Part shown: positions 13,584 through 26,984 of the stretch, in pieces
How positions within the stretch are numbered: position 1 is the first letter of the stretch
Layout: each line of letters opens with the position of its first letter
DNA from: Squalus acanthias
Taxonomy: Eukaryota
Assembly (NCBI GenBank): GCA_030390025.1
Contig: CM059438.1
Location: forward strand, 77,376,001-77,440,000
Length of the DNA stretch: 64,000 bases
Reading direction: 5' to 3'
Notes under the pieces: model-generated
Told to the model about the DNA's origin: nothing
Seen by the model: the letters and a program-made list of their open reading frames with translations, nothing else
Databases searched by the model: none
Made by a program: the position numbers and the translations under genes

Positions 13584-15784
13584 AAAATTCAAAACATTAG
13601 ATGTGCAGCCCCAACCGAGTTGATGTCAATCTTTGTCTCCTCAATCTGAATGGCCCACGAATCTCTACCCTCAGCTGAATTTTTGCCTCTTTCAATCAAG
13701 GCCGCAGCCATTTGCTTCAGAACCCAGTTGTGCTTTGACCTACTGAGAGTTTGTAAATATTTACAACCCAAACTTTTACTTTCTCTCCTTCCGACTTTGT
13801 GTGTAGGCGTCCTGAATTCCTTTTACTTGTAAATTTCTGTGCTTACTGATTTGGGATGTGGACTGTAAACATTTATATAGACTGAAATGCTAAATAGAGT
13901 TTAATACTTGCCTTTGTGGTGATAATTATAAAAAAAAAAATAACCAAAGACTGAGAAATAGTGCAGAGAGATGATTCACTGGCCACCCAGTGGTCCCATC
14001 TATCTGAGAGCTTGCCATGTAATGTTAGCTCCGTGCAGAACACTTAATCACATTGCAAATCCTTATCACAGTGCCACCTACAGGTATAACTGGTGTTGGC
14101 ATTTCTACATGGGTTTTCCCATTGACCAAACCTGATATCGGAGATTTCGACATTTTGTTGTGACTCACTCAGTATTTTAATATGTAATAGATATGGAGAC
14201 TTAATTATTCAAAATATGTCTTTTTAAAATTGAGTAAGATTCATGTTAATGGGCATAATTAACTTGACTGATAAGATAATGTTTCTTTGAAAGTATTGCT
14301 GCAATTAGGAAGCAGTTGCATTTAACTCCACTCATCCTGCGACTCTTACAATGAAAGGGTTCCAGGTATCCATTTGGACTGAAGACTGTTTTGCAGATTC
14401 TATTTCTGTTTTGTCTGCTTTTTTTCGATACGTTGGTGGTATGATCTTGGCATTGTTGTTATTGAATGTTTGAGCAAAAGTTCCAGGAAACTAACTAATT
14501 TAGTTGGCATCCTCATGAAATTTGATTATAGATGGACTGTGACACTAAACTGTCAGCATGACCATTATTGCACCGAAACTTGTGTGAATTTTAATCCAGC
14601 ACTGCGAGTAAGCCGTGCTCTTTAATCATTGTGCTGCACCTATAGTGGTTATACGGTGTAGTCTCATGTTTTCACTCCTCCTTGAATGTAGAATTTTATA
14701 TTGATTTTTGATTTGATGTTTTGCTCCAATGAAGAGAGTTTGTTTATTAACCTGCATATCAGTATCGTTTTTAAATTTTCCAATTGTAATTTTAGCTGAA
14801 TTTTACTCTTTGAAGCTGCTGGGTAGGAAGGGAAGAAAGACTTGAGTTACCTTTTTTAAATTGGATAAAAGAGCAGAATTACACATACAAATGACGAGCA
14901 CTCAGCTGACTGAGTCATTGTGGTCAGACAACAACCCTTGGTCAATTCCAGAATTTTTATGTACTGACTTTTTATACTTTTTTGCCTTTTTTCAGGACTT
15001 GATGTAATTTGGCCCCCCAGCGTCATTTTCACAAACCTGAAATGTTTAATTTTAAAGTTGTGTGCCGTCTGGCAAATATTTTATTTTTAATAAAGACTTG
15101 TTTTGATGTCTCACAGGATGATGGTGATTTTTATATAATTTAACGAGACGTTGCTGATTGAGAGCGAGAGAAACCAAAGAGAACTGAAAAGAAGTGTTGC
15201 ATAACAGATTGATTCCCATTCATAAAACGCATGACTTGTTTTTACTCCTAAACAAAAGTAAAGGACAAAGAAACATTAATGCATGACATGACCGAGGGGG
15301 GATAAAACGAGGTAAGTCGAGGAATAGTGATTAGGTGGAACCAAGCGGGTTGTGAAAGCTTGACTATTGTAGGAAGATGGAAAGCCTAATTGAAAGCCGA
15401 GGCCTTGGGATGGAATTAGAGAGACTGTATGATGAGTTTTGATTTCAACTCCGTAGGATGGCATACTTGGAGGTTTGAGGGAATAAGAAAGGAAATTGGT
15501 AAAAGGGGCCCAACTGACAATAGTAGAATCAGTAAAGTAGAAACAAATAAGCAAGTTTGTGATGAGATTGGTGGGAGATGGTAGAGAAGAGAAAGAGAAG
15601 TTGGAGGCCAGAGTTGTGTTCGTCAGACAACAAACCGTCTCTTGTACTGTATTCAGGGGTGCTTCCTCCGATATCTGAACAGTGTACAAATCTTAGAAAA
15701 ATAGAGTTATTGAGAATGTGAATTTTGAAGTTGGTGCATTTGGAGATGGAGGGCCATTGGAGGTCAGCAAGGACTAGTGATCGG

Positions 15785-16477
15785 TGTGGGCACTGGGGGC
15801 ATGGGCAGGCGATGAATTGGTGTGAGGCACTGGGGACATGGGCAAGCGATGAATTGGTGTGAGGCACTGGGGGCATTGGGCAAGCGATGAATTGGTGTGA
15901 GGCACTGGGGGCATGGGGCAGGCGATTAATTGGTGTGAGGCACTGGGGACATGGGCAAGCGAGGGATTGGGGGCATGGGCAGGCGATGAATTGGTGTGAG
16001 GGACTGGGGGCATGGGCAGGCGATGAATTGGTGTGAGGCACTGGGGGCATGGGGCAGGCGATGAATTGGTGTGAGGCACTGGGGGCATGGGGCAGGCGAT
16101 GAATTGGTGTGAGGCACTGGGGGCATGGGGCAGGCGATGAATTGGTGTGGGGGACTGGGGGCATGGGCAGGCGATGAATTGGTGTGGGGACTGGGGGCAT
16201 GGGCAGGCGATGAATTGGTGTGGGGGACTGGGGGCATGGGCAGGCGATGAATTGGTGTGGGGGACTGGGGGCATGGGCAGGCGATGAATTGGTGTGGGGG
16301 ACTGGGGGCATGGGCAGGCGATGAATTGGTGTGGGGACTGGGGGCATGGGCAGGCGATGAATTGGTGTGGGGACTGGGGGCATGGGCAGGCGATGAATTG
16401 GTGTGGGGGACTGGGGGCATGGGCAGGCGATGAATTGGTGTGGGGGACTGGGGGCATGGGCAGGCGATGAATTGGTG
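15785..16477. repeat. G-rich minisatellite, 36-38 bp unit, about 18-19 copies
   Basis: Tandem ctgggggcatgggcaggcgatgaattggtgtggggga. Confidence 0.97.
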
Positions 16478-16489
16478 TTTATACTTTGT

Positions 16490-16635
16490 TTATCTCATTG
16501 CTGTTTGTCGAATCTTGCTGTGTAAAAATTAGCTGCCCTACATTACAACAGTGACTACACTTCAAAATGACTTAATTGGCTGTAAAGTGTTTGGGACGTT
16601 CTGAGGTTGCGAAAGGCTCAGCATAAATGCAAGTT
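16490..16635 (+). mobile_element. 3' part of SacSINE1-like SINE
   Basis: cattgctgtttg..cattacaacagtgactacacttcaaa as in 29245-29320. Confidence 0.75.
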
Positions 16636-18257
16636 TATTTATTCCTTACTTTCCTTCCCCTTTATTTTCTTTCCTTCCCCTTTATTTTCTTTCTATGTTG
16701 GAGCTCTAGAGGCTGTCGAGCATTAGAGAAAGGTGACAATGGTATGGACGGGGGTTTTAGTGCTGGCAGAGCTGAGATAAGGACATGGGTGGAAGTAGGC
16801 ATATGTGAAAATCTGAAGGTGAACTGAACTTGATGGGTTGCACTCAGTGCCCTGATTAAGTTCAGCTTGATCAAACAACTGAGGATGCAGGAATTGGCAC
16901 CTGAAGCGCAATGTTTCTGGCAGGAGCTGAACAATACAACCTCCACTGTACCAATTTTGAGCTTTGGAAAAAATCTTAATGATTGACTGTTAAAACTATG
17001 GCAGGGATGGCATACTGTTGTCTTGTGTGGCTGTGACTGTGACCTCCTTGATCACTTTGACCAAGAACTCTTTCTTGGGGAGTGGGATATCTTCTGAGGG
17101 TTGGGGAAGGGATTGGAACAAGGAGTGGTAGGCTTAAGTTTGAGTGGTGATGATGCATTAGAGGATTTTGGTGAGGAATGGAGGGGTTAGATATGGCTTG
17201 GAGAGGAAGGAGAAGACAGTTGGGCTTTTTGAGGAATGGGTAATGAGGGGAAGAGAGGTTTGAAGAAGTGTAATGCATGAAACATTGTCAGCCAGAATAA
17301 AAGATACAAGCTATAGTGAAAGAACAGTTGAATCAGGCAACAGAGTTCTCAAAAGCCACCTCAATAGTACCAGACATGAGTAGCTGGTTCACAGATTGTT
17401 TTGTTGCAGGGTATTACATGAGTGGCGGATCTGCGACAGTGATCAGAAGAGCTCCTCTCTCCACGCACCCCCTTGCCTCGCCGCCCCCCACCCACCCACC
17501 CACTTCCTAGTCATAACTGACAGTGCAATTGTGCTGGGAATTCCTTTTGCTACTGGGACTTCCCAAAGTACCACCAGTGGGTTGAGATTCCTGGATGATG
17601 AGGAGGAATCTGTTAACACATTGTGCATTAGTGGAGTAGAGGGGCGACGAGCAAGGGAGGAAATTGTTCAGCGCTAAGGAATAAAGAGGGTCGGGAGGAA
17701 AAAGTGAGACTGGGAGAGGAACAATTTAGTGTGGGTGGGGTAGGATCTGGCAACTTCAGGACAGTGGAACATCCTTGTATGTTCAGAAATAAACAAGATC
17801 ATGCACAGATGGTTAAACTGTAACAATACATGACTGAAAATATTTAAGTGACCCCTGCAGATTTGAACTGTACTGAACATGATTGAACTAATCTGTAAGG
17901 CAGGAGTTCCAAGTACTTGGCTTATCTGAAAATGTGACTAATTTGCATTGGAAAGCAGGCAACTGTTAATATAATTTTACTTCATTGAATGATGGCTTTG
18001 ATGTTGGAGACCATTACAGGTTGTATACCGAGATGCATCATTTGTTTTGTAGATTAAAATGTGCTATTTTCCTGGACAAATGCAGCTATGGGGAGGGGAA
18101 ATCACTGGTCAGAAACTGTACTCCTAATAAATAATTCAGCTTCTTCCTTGGCTGAAGACTTGCATCTTGATCAACCGCTCGATTTAGGAATAGCTTTAAT
18201 AAATTTGTGGATTGAATAATAGTCACTTTTTTTTCTTTTGTTCCAGCCTGTAGGGAA

Positions 18258-18675
18258 AGAACAAACTTGCATTTATGTATTGCTTTTCACATCCCCAACT
18301 GCTTTACATGCAACAAATTAGTTTTGAGGTGTAGTTACTCTTATGCAGGCAAATGTGGCAACAGATTTGTGCACCGCAAAGGGCCCACAAACACAAATGA
18401 GATAAATAACCAGTGAATCTGTTTGTGGTGAAGGCTGAGGAATAAATGCTGGGAGAACACTCTGCCCTTTTTCCAATAGTGCCATGGGATCTTTTATGTC
18501 CACCTGAACAGGGAGATGGGACTTTGGTTTAATGAAAGACAACAGCTCTGAAAGTACTCACTCAGTACTGCACTGAAGCGTCGGCCTAAATTATGTGCTC
18601 CAGTACCAGAATGGGACTTGAACCTGCGATCTTCCAATTTAGAAGTGCGACTGCTACCTCTGAGCCAAGGCTGAT
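18258..18675 (-). mobile_element. tRNA-derived DeuSINE (SacSINE1-like)
   Basis: Reverse complement of the 28930-29372 family (aatagtgccatgggatctttta, A/B boxes). Confidence 0.8.
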
Positions 18676-19552
18676 AGTTAACAAGAATGTTAGGTCGTCC
18701 AAGGTTAAAACTGTCCTTTCCTCCTTGTTTTGAAGAGGGAAGTCCTCAGCTCTGCTTTTAAGTATGTGGGCAAGAATAAAGCTTTCAAATAGTTCCATTT
18801 GGTTTTTATTTGACTTCTAATCTTCAGTGCAGATAGCTTATGTACATTACTATTTTGCCAATAAGTACTTGTTGCAAGGAATTTTTTTTTGTCAAATCAT
18901 TCCGTAAGTACTTCCTAGTAAAGGCCTTGGGGACGGGTTTCTATTTCAGTGAAGTGATAGTCCAGATGGCACTTTATAAATTTAGACGCTGCGGATGCCA
19001 AGGACTGTGCTACTTAGGTTTGTAAAGATTCCTGTTCAGCTTTTTAGATGAACTTGCGTATTTACTTACTATTTTTAGTTATTGCAGGAAATTAATCAGC
19101 TACCTGTACGATGTGATTGGTGCTTAAGGATTGGCTAATGTAGGAAGACTTGGGTGATTTGAAAAAGTTTCTTTTTAAATCAGTTCAGTCCTAAGTAATA
19201 CAACTTTATCAGCTGAAATCTGAATTTGCAAACACCAACATGATGACTTTATTTTCTGTACTTTTGGGTTTTGATGTTTCAAAGCTGGTCACAAGGTGCT
19301 TCAGTATATACTCGGTCGTAGTCAGTGGATTATGTTACATCATGTGTACCCTTGCATTGCTGACACTGTTCTCGTAAGGGATGTTTCCCATTCTATAACT
19401 AGATTTTTTTAATCTCTGAAGGCTTTGGCCGCCTAATGGTCCAGCATCTTGTCAGTGGCTGCACTGTTAGAAAGTGTATGTAAGGTGAAAGCTCGCATTT
19501 GAGTGTCAAAATAAATTTTAGATGGATTAGAAGATGTACTCTACCTGCTTTC

Positions 19553-20166
19553 ATACTTAAGAAAAGACATACTTGCTCTCGAGGCAGTACAAAGAAGATT
19601 CACTTGGTTAATCCCGGGGATGAGGGGGTGGACATATGAGGAGAGGTTGAGTAGATTGGGACTCTACTCATTGGAGTTCAGAAGAATGAGAGGCGATCTT
19701 ATTGAAACATATATAAGATTGTGAAGGGGCTTGATCGGGTGGATGCGGTAAGGATGTTCCCAAGGATGGGTGAAACTAGAACTAGGGGCTGCTCTTTCAA
19801 AACTGAGATGAGGAGAAACTTCTTCACTCAGAGGGTAGTAGGTCTGTGGAATTTGCTGCCCCAGGAAGCTGTGGAAGCTACATCATTAAATAAATTTAAA
19901 ACAGAAATAGACAGTTTCCTAGAAGTAAAGGGAATTAGGGGTTACGGGGAGCGGGCAGGAAATTGGACATGAGGCTGAGTTCGGATCGGTCAAGGCCCTG
20001 TGGGTGGCGGAGCGGGCCCAGGGGCTGAGTGGCCGGGTCCTGCTCCTACTTCTTGTGTTCTTTAGATTTGAGGTTAGGATCAGATCAGCCATGATCTTAT
20101 TGAATGGCGGAGCAGGCTCGGGGGGCCGATTGGCCTACTCCTGCTCCTCTTTCTTATGTTCTTATG
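19553..20166 (+). mobile_element. Young CR1 LINE 3' end with two tandem 3' UTR tails
   Basis: RRNFFTQRVVGLWNLLP; ends ttcttatgttcttatg; near-identical to 43481-43986. Confidence 0.92.
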
Positions 20167-20198
20167 CTGCCATGTCTTATGTCACTCTTATTTTGCAG

Positions 20199-20309
20199 CA
20201 AATCACTGATCTAAAGAAAGAGAACTTCAACCTCAAACTTCGCATCTACTTCCTGGAGGAGCGGATGCAACAGAAGTTTGATGATGGCAGTGAGGATATC
20301 TTTAAGATG
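20199..20309 (+). CDS. CDK5RAP2: CDK5RAP2 exon 4 (111 nt), CM1 core QITDLKKENFNLKLRIYFLEERMQQKFDDGSEDIFKM
   Basis: ttttgcag / gtaaga; canonical CM1 (gamma-TuNA) motif. Confidence 0.97.
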
Positions 20310-20384
20310 GTAAGAGATTTCATGGCCTCTTAGCCAGCCTTCAGCCAACTGATGTCTGTAAAACCGGTTTTATTTTCATAATTT

Positions 20385-20536
20385 AAAAATAAAAGTAAAA
20401 TACTGCTGATGCTTGAAATCTGAAATAAAAACCGAAAATAATGGAAACAAAAACAGAAAATAATGGAAACATTCAGCAGGTCAGGCAGCATCTGCGCAGA
20501 GAGAAACCAAGTTAACTCAGTGACCCTTCATCAGAT
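20385..20536 (-). mobile_element. Penelope-like element terminal remnant
   Basis: Minus strand ctgatgaagggtcactga..gttaac..cagatgctgcctgacctgctga..tttttatttcagattt; family name from recollection. Confidence 0.55.
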
Positions 20537-20539
20537 TCT

Positions 20540-21155
20540 GGGGGTTGCCATTGACCAGCCACAAAAATGCTGTGGCTACTAGAGCAGATCAGAAGCTGGG
20601 TGTTCTGCAGGGAGTGGCTCACCCCGACTCCTCCAAAGCCTCACCACCATTTACAAGGCACAAATCAGGAGTGTGATTGAATACTCTCCACTTGCTTTGA
20701 TGGTTGCTGCAGCAACAGCACTCACTAACCTCGACAATATTCAGGACAAAGCAGTCTGCTTGATCGGCACCACATCCACTAGCTCAAACATTCACTCCCT
20801 CCACCCCAGCGCACCGTGGCTGTCGTGCGCACTATCTACAGGATGCACTGCAGCAAGGCTTCTTTAGCAACCCCTCCCAAACCTGTGGAACCCCCCAACC
20901 ACCTAGAAGGACAAGAGTAGCAGGTAAATGGGAGCACCATCACCTCCTAAGTTGCACACCATCTTGACATACATCGCTATTCGTTCATTGTTGCTGGGTC
21001 AAAATCCTGGAACGCCATACCTAACAACATTGTGGAAGTGCCTTCACCACATGGCCTGCAACGGTTCAAGAAGATGGCCCACCACCACCTTCTCAAGGGC
21101 AACTAGCGATGGGCAATAAATGTCAGTCTTGCCAGCAACGCCCACACCTCAAAAG
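20540..21155 (+). mobile_element. 3' fragment of the same LINE family as 33752-36410
   Basis: IYKAQIRSVIEYSPL..IQDKAVCLIG. Confidence 0.8.
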
Positions 21156-21199
21156 AATGGTGAAAGAAAAAATCACTAGTCTACCCCTGATTCCGCCGT

Positions 21200-22378
21200 C
21201 ACTCCATTGCAAACCTCCTTTTCTTCTCGTCCTGGAATTTGTGGTCCTAGTCTAACCCTTTGCTTTCTTTACTTGCCACTCCTCCTTTTTAATTCCAGTT
21301 TCCATTCACCCTGCTTCAAGTCTGCAGTGACATTCTCATCCTCTTTGATGTCCCATGGCCTTCAGCATGGTTGACCATTCCATCCCCCACCACTGCTTCT
21401 CCCCAGTGGCCCACCTCCTTGAACCTGCACTCTCATGGCTTCAGTTCTACCCGTCCCAATATAGCCAATGCAAATTTCCTGAAAAGTTCTTCTTCCTATG
21501 ACTGTGGCTTGCTATATTTCTCATCTATGTGTTGTCCTTGGCGCAATTATCTGCACTGTGGGATCAGTTCTCATGTAGGGCAGTGACGCCCAGCTTTATC
21601 TCTCCACTACCATGTTGTCAGACTATCTGTCTGCTATCAAGCTGCGGATGAGGCCGAATTTCTTGCAGCTTGACACTAGTAAGACCAAAGCCATCCTGTT
21701 TGGTGCCCACTAGAAACTCCATATTCTAACCTCAATCCCATTTCCCCTTCAATGTCCACTTAAACTCAACGCAACGATACACAATCTTTCTCGCCTGCTG
21801 AGATTCAAACCCCACATCAGTCTATCACCAAGATGTGCCTGACCTTCACTGCTGCTTAAACCTTTGTGCATGTCTTTGTCATTCTAGATCAAACCTTTCC
21901 AATGACTGTTGAGCTGGCCTCCATTTTATATAAACTTCCAGAATCTCTGGTTCCTGCATTCTATTCTACATAAAGTCCTTCTTTCCTAATACTCCAATCT
22001 TTTACAACTTCAACTGGCCCCATCACTTGGTGCATTCATTTTCAAATCCCACCCCTACTTTTGCAACCTCTTTGCAACTCTGTCCCAGCCCACGTCCTAC
22101 GCTTTTCCAACTCTTGTCTACCGTGCGTTCCCTCCTCCTCCCGATGTTCCCATCAGTAGCAGAGCCTTCAGACATTTTACCCACACATTCTGAAACTCTC
22201 TCCCTAAACTGCTTCATCTCTTGTCACCTTGAAGATCCTCCTTAAAACCTAATCTCTTGGCCTGCACTTTGTCATTTTCCCCTATCCCCCCCAGCCCTCC
22301 TCAGAGTTTGACACCCATCCATGAAGCCGCTTGAGATGTTTTGCTACAGTAATGACACTACATAAATGCAGGTTATTA
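21200..22378 (+). mobile_element. Degenerate L2 LINE
   Basis: Decayed RT and 3' motifs (ggatgagg..aagaccaaagccat; catgtctttgtca; taaatgcaggtt). Confidence 0.65.
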
Positions 22379-23381
22379 AAGCGAAATAATGCCAGAGTAA
22401 TGACTTCTCTGTTAAATGATATTCTTTGTTGGGAACTATGACAGTGGAAAAACGTTTGAAGCAAATTTCTGAGGCTGTGTGTTAAACTGATGGCCATAAT
22501 AATGTTACTAATCAGAAGATTTATGCATTCTGTTTTGAGTTTGATTTAATTCAAACAAATACTTGTAACCAGATCACTAATCCACTTTTTTATTTTATAA
22601 ATTGGAAATTCTTGACATCTTGTACATGTATTAAAACACACATTACTTTGATTTTAAAATCTCACCATCAAAATACAGTACCCTAGCCAAACTAGCACAG
22701 TGGGCCAGTTTAGATGCAAAGAGGATGCGGAATAGCTTCTGGTGTGATACCGCATAACATATGTTGTATCTGTTGTTTAAATCTGGTATCACACGAAGAC
22801 CTGTGAGATTCTATTTATACCTACCTTGTATTCATTGTGGGGGAACACAGTTATTGTCTTTGGTCATTTAATGCCAGTTGGGATTGCATTCACTTCTACA
22901 CTCATTGTTGATATTCCTTCACCCAGAATAGATGTTTCTTGAGGAAAAAAAATTGTAAATATTTTTAAGATGAAATAAAATGCACTGTTGAAAATTTGCT
23001 GAATTAATTCTTTTTACTGAGGGCTAATTTTTTAGTACAAGCTATTGATTCCAGTTTTAAGACTTTTGATCCTTTGCATTTTTTTTAATGCTTGAGTGAA
23101 AGCTGCAACATTGTGAGCCAGGGCACCTTGTTCAGCTTGTAGTCCCATTTTGAAGTGGTCTTGCATGGCTTTGCACTTCGTAGAACACTGAAGACTTGCG
23201 GCTTAAACATTCTGATTGGTTAACTGCAGTCAGGCCATTTTATCTTTCTATTTATTAGCTGGGAGGTTATTTAGTGTTTTTTTAATGTGACTCCAAATAT
23301 TTATACTGCGAATATTTATGTTCTGATTTTTGTCTGTTTTTGCTAATTTTTTATTGGGCTTTTACTGTTTGGTTTTTGCAG

Positions 23382-23458
23382 AACATTGAACTCAAAGTGG
23401 AATTGGAGAGCTTGAAGCATGAACTAAAGGAGAAACAGGAACTTCTTGTCAAAGCTTC
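23382..23458 (+). CDS. CDK5RAP2: CDK5RAP2 exon 5 (77 nt, NIELKVELESLKHELKEKQELLVKAS)
   Basis: tttttgcag / gtaagt; CM1 C-terminal half. Confidence 0.95.
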
Positions 23459-26112
23459 GTAAGTATTGTGATTCATTGTCAAATATTGAAACGCAATTTT
23501 AGAAGACATGATGGTCACTTGGTAAACTTCTAAATCTTCACATGCAATGTGTATGTTTCAATTGTAATTTGAAATACAAAATGCTGATAAGTTACTGATT
23601 TCTCCTCCCCCGGAATGAACAGATTCTGAATTAATTGTTATAACACTTTTTAATGCAAATTTCTTCCCCTTTTCCCTTCTGAAGATGCCAACTCTCTTGC
23701 TGAGTACAGTTCCATGACACTGGAACCTTATCCAAGTGGTCATTCTTGATGAATGAGCTTGCACAGTCCCCAAATCCACAGGTGTACTCTTCAGCAGGAT
23801 TCACTTCCTCAACTCAGCGGTGCTGAGACCAGTTGTAGTTTCCCAGATAAGTCAGCACAGACTGGGAATTGAAGCTGGGACCTTCTGGTCTGTATTTCAT
23901 GGTATTACAATTTGTGGTACATTTCCCTGTGACCTATTTGGGAGCTCAGTAGAAGGAGCAGTTTAGTGATTTTGAGCAGAGTAGTCAATGCTTTTAAACC
24001 AAAAATCAAGGAGAAAAGCCAACCAAGAAGGAATGAATATCGCAATGCAACAAAAGGATGACTTTAAAAATCTTTTAAAAATATATCGATTGTTCAATCC
24101 ATGGCTCAAAGTTTATAATCCAATCCATTTTACCTCCCAATGTGTAATTTTGATGTTTGTGTCAAGCAGAATACTAAACATAGCTAAGTTTGTTTTGCAT
24201 TCATGCTGTTTGGCACTGGATTGAATGACCCTTCTCCTTTTGCGCAATCTGATCGAGTAGCCTAGTGTTGATGTCCTTCCTACATAGCGCAGATGAGGAA
24301 ATTTGGTGTTTAAATAAAATGCACCAGTAATGGACTGCCTTGTGACTTCTTGGTAGATCAAATGAGGCTTGTTAATAGTTCTTCAGAAATGCAAGGTCTT
24401 TTAGCAATCTATATATCTTTCTGTTTTTAATATAGTTGTCGCTCTGGTAGCTGTACTAGACATGTGACTGTCTGTCTTTCTTTACAAGGCCTAAATTTAA
24501 TACCTCTTGGGTACTGTGTCACCAGTAGGCAGAGCAACTTTGTGTTGCTGTCGTCCGTTGATTCCATGTAAGGGTTTTAAACAAAAAAGTATGTGCACAC
24601 TTTTTAAATTGTTAGTAAATCACAAATTGCAACAACCTTGTGTTGTTGCATGTGATTTTAGCCAAAAATACTGTATATTTGTAGATTTAAATGTGCAACA
24701 ATATTGGAGCAGGATCACCTTTAAACTTTGGTTCCTGCTGTTCCTATAGCACTCATCATTTATTTAGGGTACTTCTTGTATTGGCATTGTGGGAAGCCCC
24801 TTTAAGTATCTAATCAATAATTGCGTGTGCATGCTGATGATCTCATTTGGGTAATAGGCTAGGAAGTGCTTGTGATTCTCAACAGCATATAGGAACCGAA
24901 TTGAAATGTAAAACACCCTTTTTCCATGACTAGCTCGACAGTTTTTGTTTCAACTCCTTCACAATGTCAGAATTTTTAAAGCTATAAGGAACTGTTTCCG
25001 ATTTAAAAAGAAATGCAGATCACATCTGAAGGGAAGGATCAAAAAGTTCAAGCAGCCTGCAAAGCAGAAAAGGAAAACTAACCCATAAGAATTCAATATT
25101 TTCAAATGGCCAATTCAACTCCAATCATGGACCAATTGCAATTATTCCTGTTCTGGCTGGGTGAACAAAGGCATTTGTACAATACAATAGTCTTATGTAT
25201 TCAAATCCTGGGTATACTGTTTATTCTAAACCGCATTTACTTTATTTTCTTTCTGATGATGAAACTGCAAGTTACAAAACTGGACAGACATAAACAAAAT
25301 GATACTACAATATGTACCACTCCTCGAGTAAAAGAGCATGTCCAAGGACATTACAAGGCAGAAAGACAGATCCTGGTCAGGGAGAGGAGGAATTTAGGAG
25401 GAGGAGAAAGAGGGGATCAAAGGAATAGTTGAAGAAATGTGTTTTAGGAAGTTTTTGAAAGCTGAGATAGAGGCAGTACGGTTAAGTTGTTTTGGCAGGG
25501 AATTCCAGAAGGTGGCCTCTGGTGTGGGGTATGAGCAATAATCTGAAGTTGGGTACAGAGAATCTGTGCAGGGGAGTGCAGCTGAGGAAGATTGCTCAGA
25601 TAGAGGGGAGTGACCGGAGGATTTTGAAGCTGAAAATTCTGAAGTTGATTTGCTGGGGCAAAGTAAGCTATTGAAACTTGGTAAATAACAATCTGGGTAT
25701 GTGGAAGAGGGCTTGAACTGACATTTGGCTCAATATATCATGGTCCACATACAGAATAATGCTCACACGACCCTATAATTATCAGCTCAACTCTGATGAT
25801 TAGGATTCCTGGAGATAACTCTGTTTTGAATGGTCAACTCTTTCCCACCCTTCAAGCTGACACTTGGCTCAGTTGTAGCACTCATCCCTGAGTCCGAAGG
25901 TTATGGATTCAAATACCACTCTCGTGGCATTATTCGAAGTACATCGTGACCCCCCCCATTTGTAGGAGGAACTGATACCTGCTTTTGTTGAAGTTTTTGC
26001 CGTTCCATTAATGATATAATGATCACTGAAGTCGTACATGACATGTAGTTGTGGGTAATTGGATATAGTTGCCTCCTTGTTGTGGTAGAAGAGCGCTAAT
26101 TATGGTGTGGAT

Positions 26113-26278
26113 CAATGTTCACTCTAAGCTGTGCGGCCGCACAGTAATGGGAAAGGTCCCGTGTAAGCCGCTCACCGGCTTTCCATTGTAAATACCGCGC
26201 ATGCGTGGAAATTTAAAAGGACCACTCACTAAAAGAAATGGGCCGCGCAGACCAAAGCGCAGCTTACAGGGAACATTG
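26113..26278. mobile_element. hAT-type MITE with perfect 8-bp TSD GTGTGGAT
   Basis: TIRs caatgttcactctaagctg / cagcttacagggaacattg; TSD at 26105-26112 and 26279-26286. Confidence 0.92.
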
Positions 26279-26658
26279 GTGTGGATGTATACATAATTTC
26301 TCCCTCAATTTTTAAATCTTTGTGTCTGCATACTAAGAAAATATGAGTATATAGGCATATCCTGAGCATATTCTTATACCAAATTTGGACCATCTTTAGC
26401 TCTACAACACTGGTAAATTTCTAAAACAAGATCTACTCCAGTAGCAAGCACTTCAATGCATACCAATATATTTCTGGTTTAATTTTTTTAATGTATTTTT
26501 ATCCTATTCAATTTTATTCCACTAACAGTGAATGGCAAAGAAGAGAACCTTTCCAGAGCAAAAGTATTCTGTCCAAAATGCAAATAAATAGTAATTACTC
26601 ATAAAATTTGTAAAAACAGAAGAGGCTTCTAACAAACATTTTGCTCTTAATATAACAG

Positions 26659-26782
26659 AAAAGCTGTGGAGAGTTTGGCTGGCAACAGTGATGCAGAAAT
26701 TCAGCGTGTGAAAGATGGAGCTCAGAAGGAGGTACTTCAGGTTAAACAGCTCCTCCGAAACCAGATCCATCTCTTGGAAGAG
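26659..26782 (+). CDS. CDK5RAP2: CDK5RAP2 exon 6 (124 nt, KAVESLAGNSDAEIQRVKDGAQKEVLQVKQLLRNQIHLLEE)
   Basis: aacag / gtgagt; KAVESLA..EIQRVK is CDK5RAP2-like. Confidence 0.93.
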
Positions 26783-26984
26783 GTGAGTACATTTTATATT
26801 TTAATAATTTGTTTAAGCCAGAGATCATGTTTGGGTTAACAAACTTCTTTTTACCTATTTGGTTATTGAAATAGTTAACTTATTTAGAAAAATACTGAAA
26901 AGGTTTCATTTATCAAAAGCGAACAATTTTGTACAGTTCAAATCTTTTGTTTTGACCACCTACATTTTAATGTCTCTAATTTGT

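Noticed and set aside
15529-16457. Long Pro-rich minus-strand ORFs (284, 227, 164 aa) and a CRISPR-like 37-bp periodicity
   Set aside because: The ORFs are translations of the minisatellite; units are head-to-tail with no unique spacers, in a eukaryotic intron
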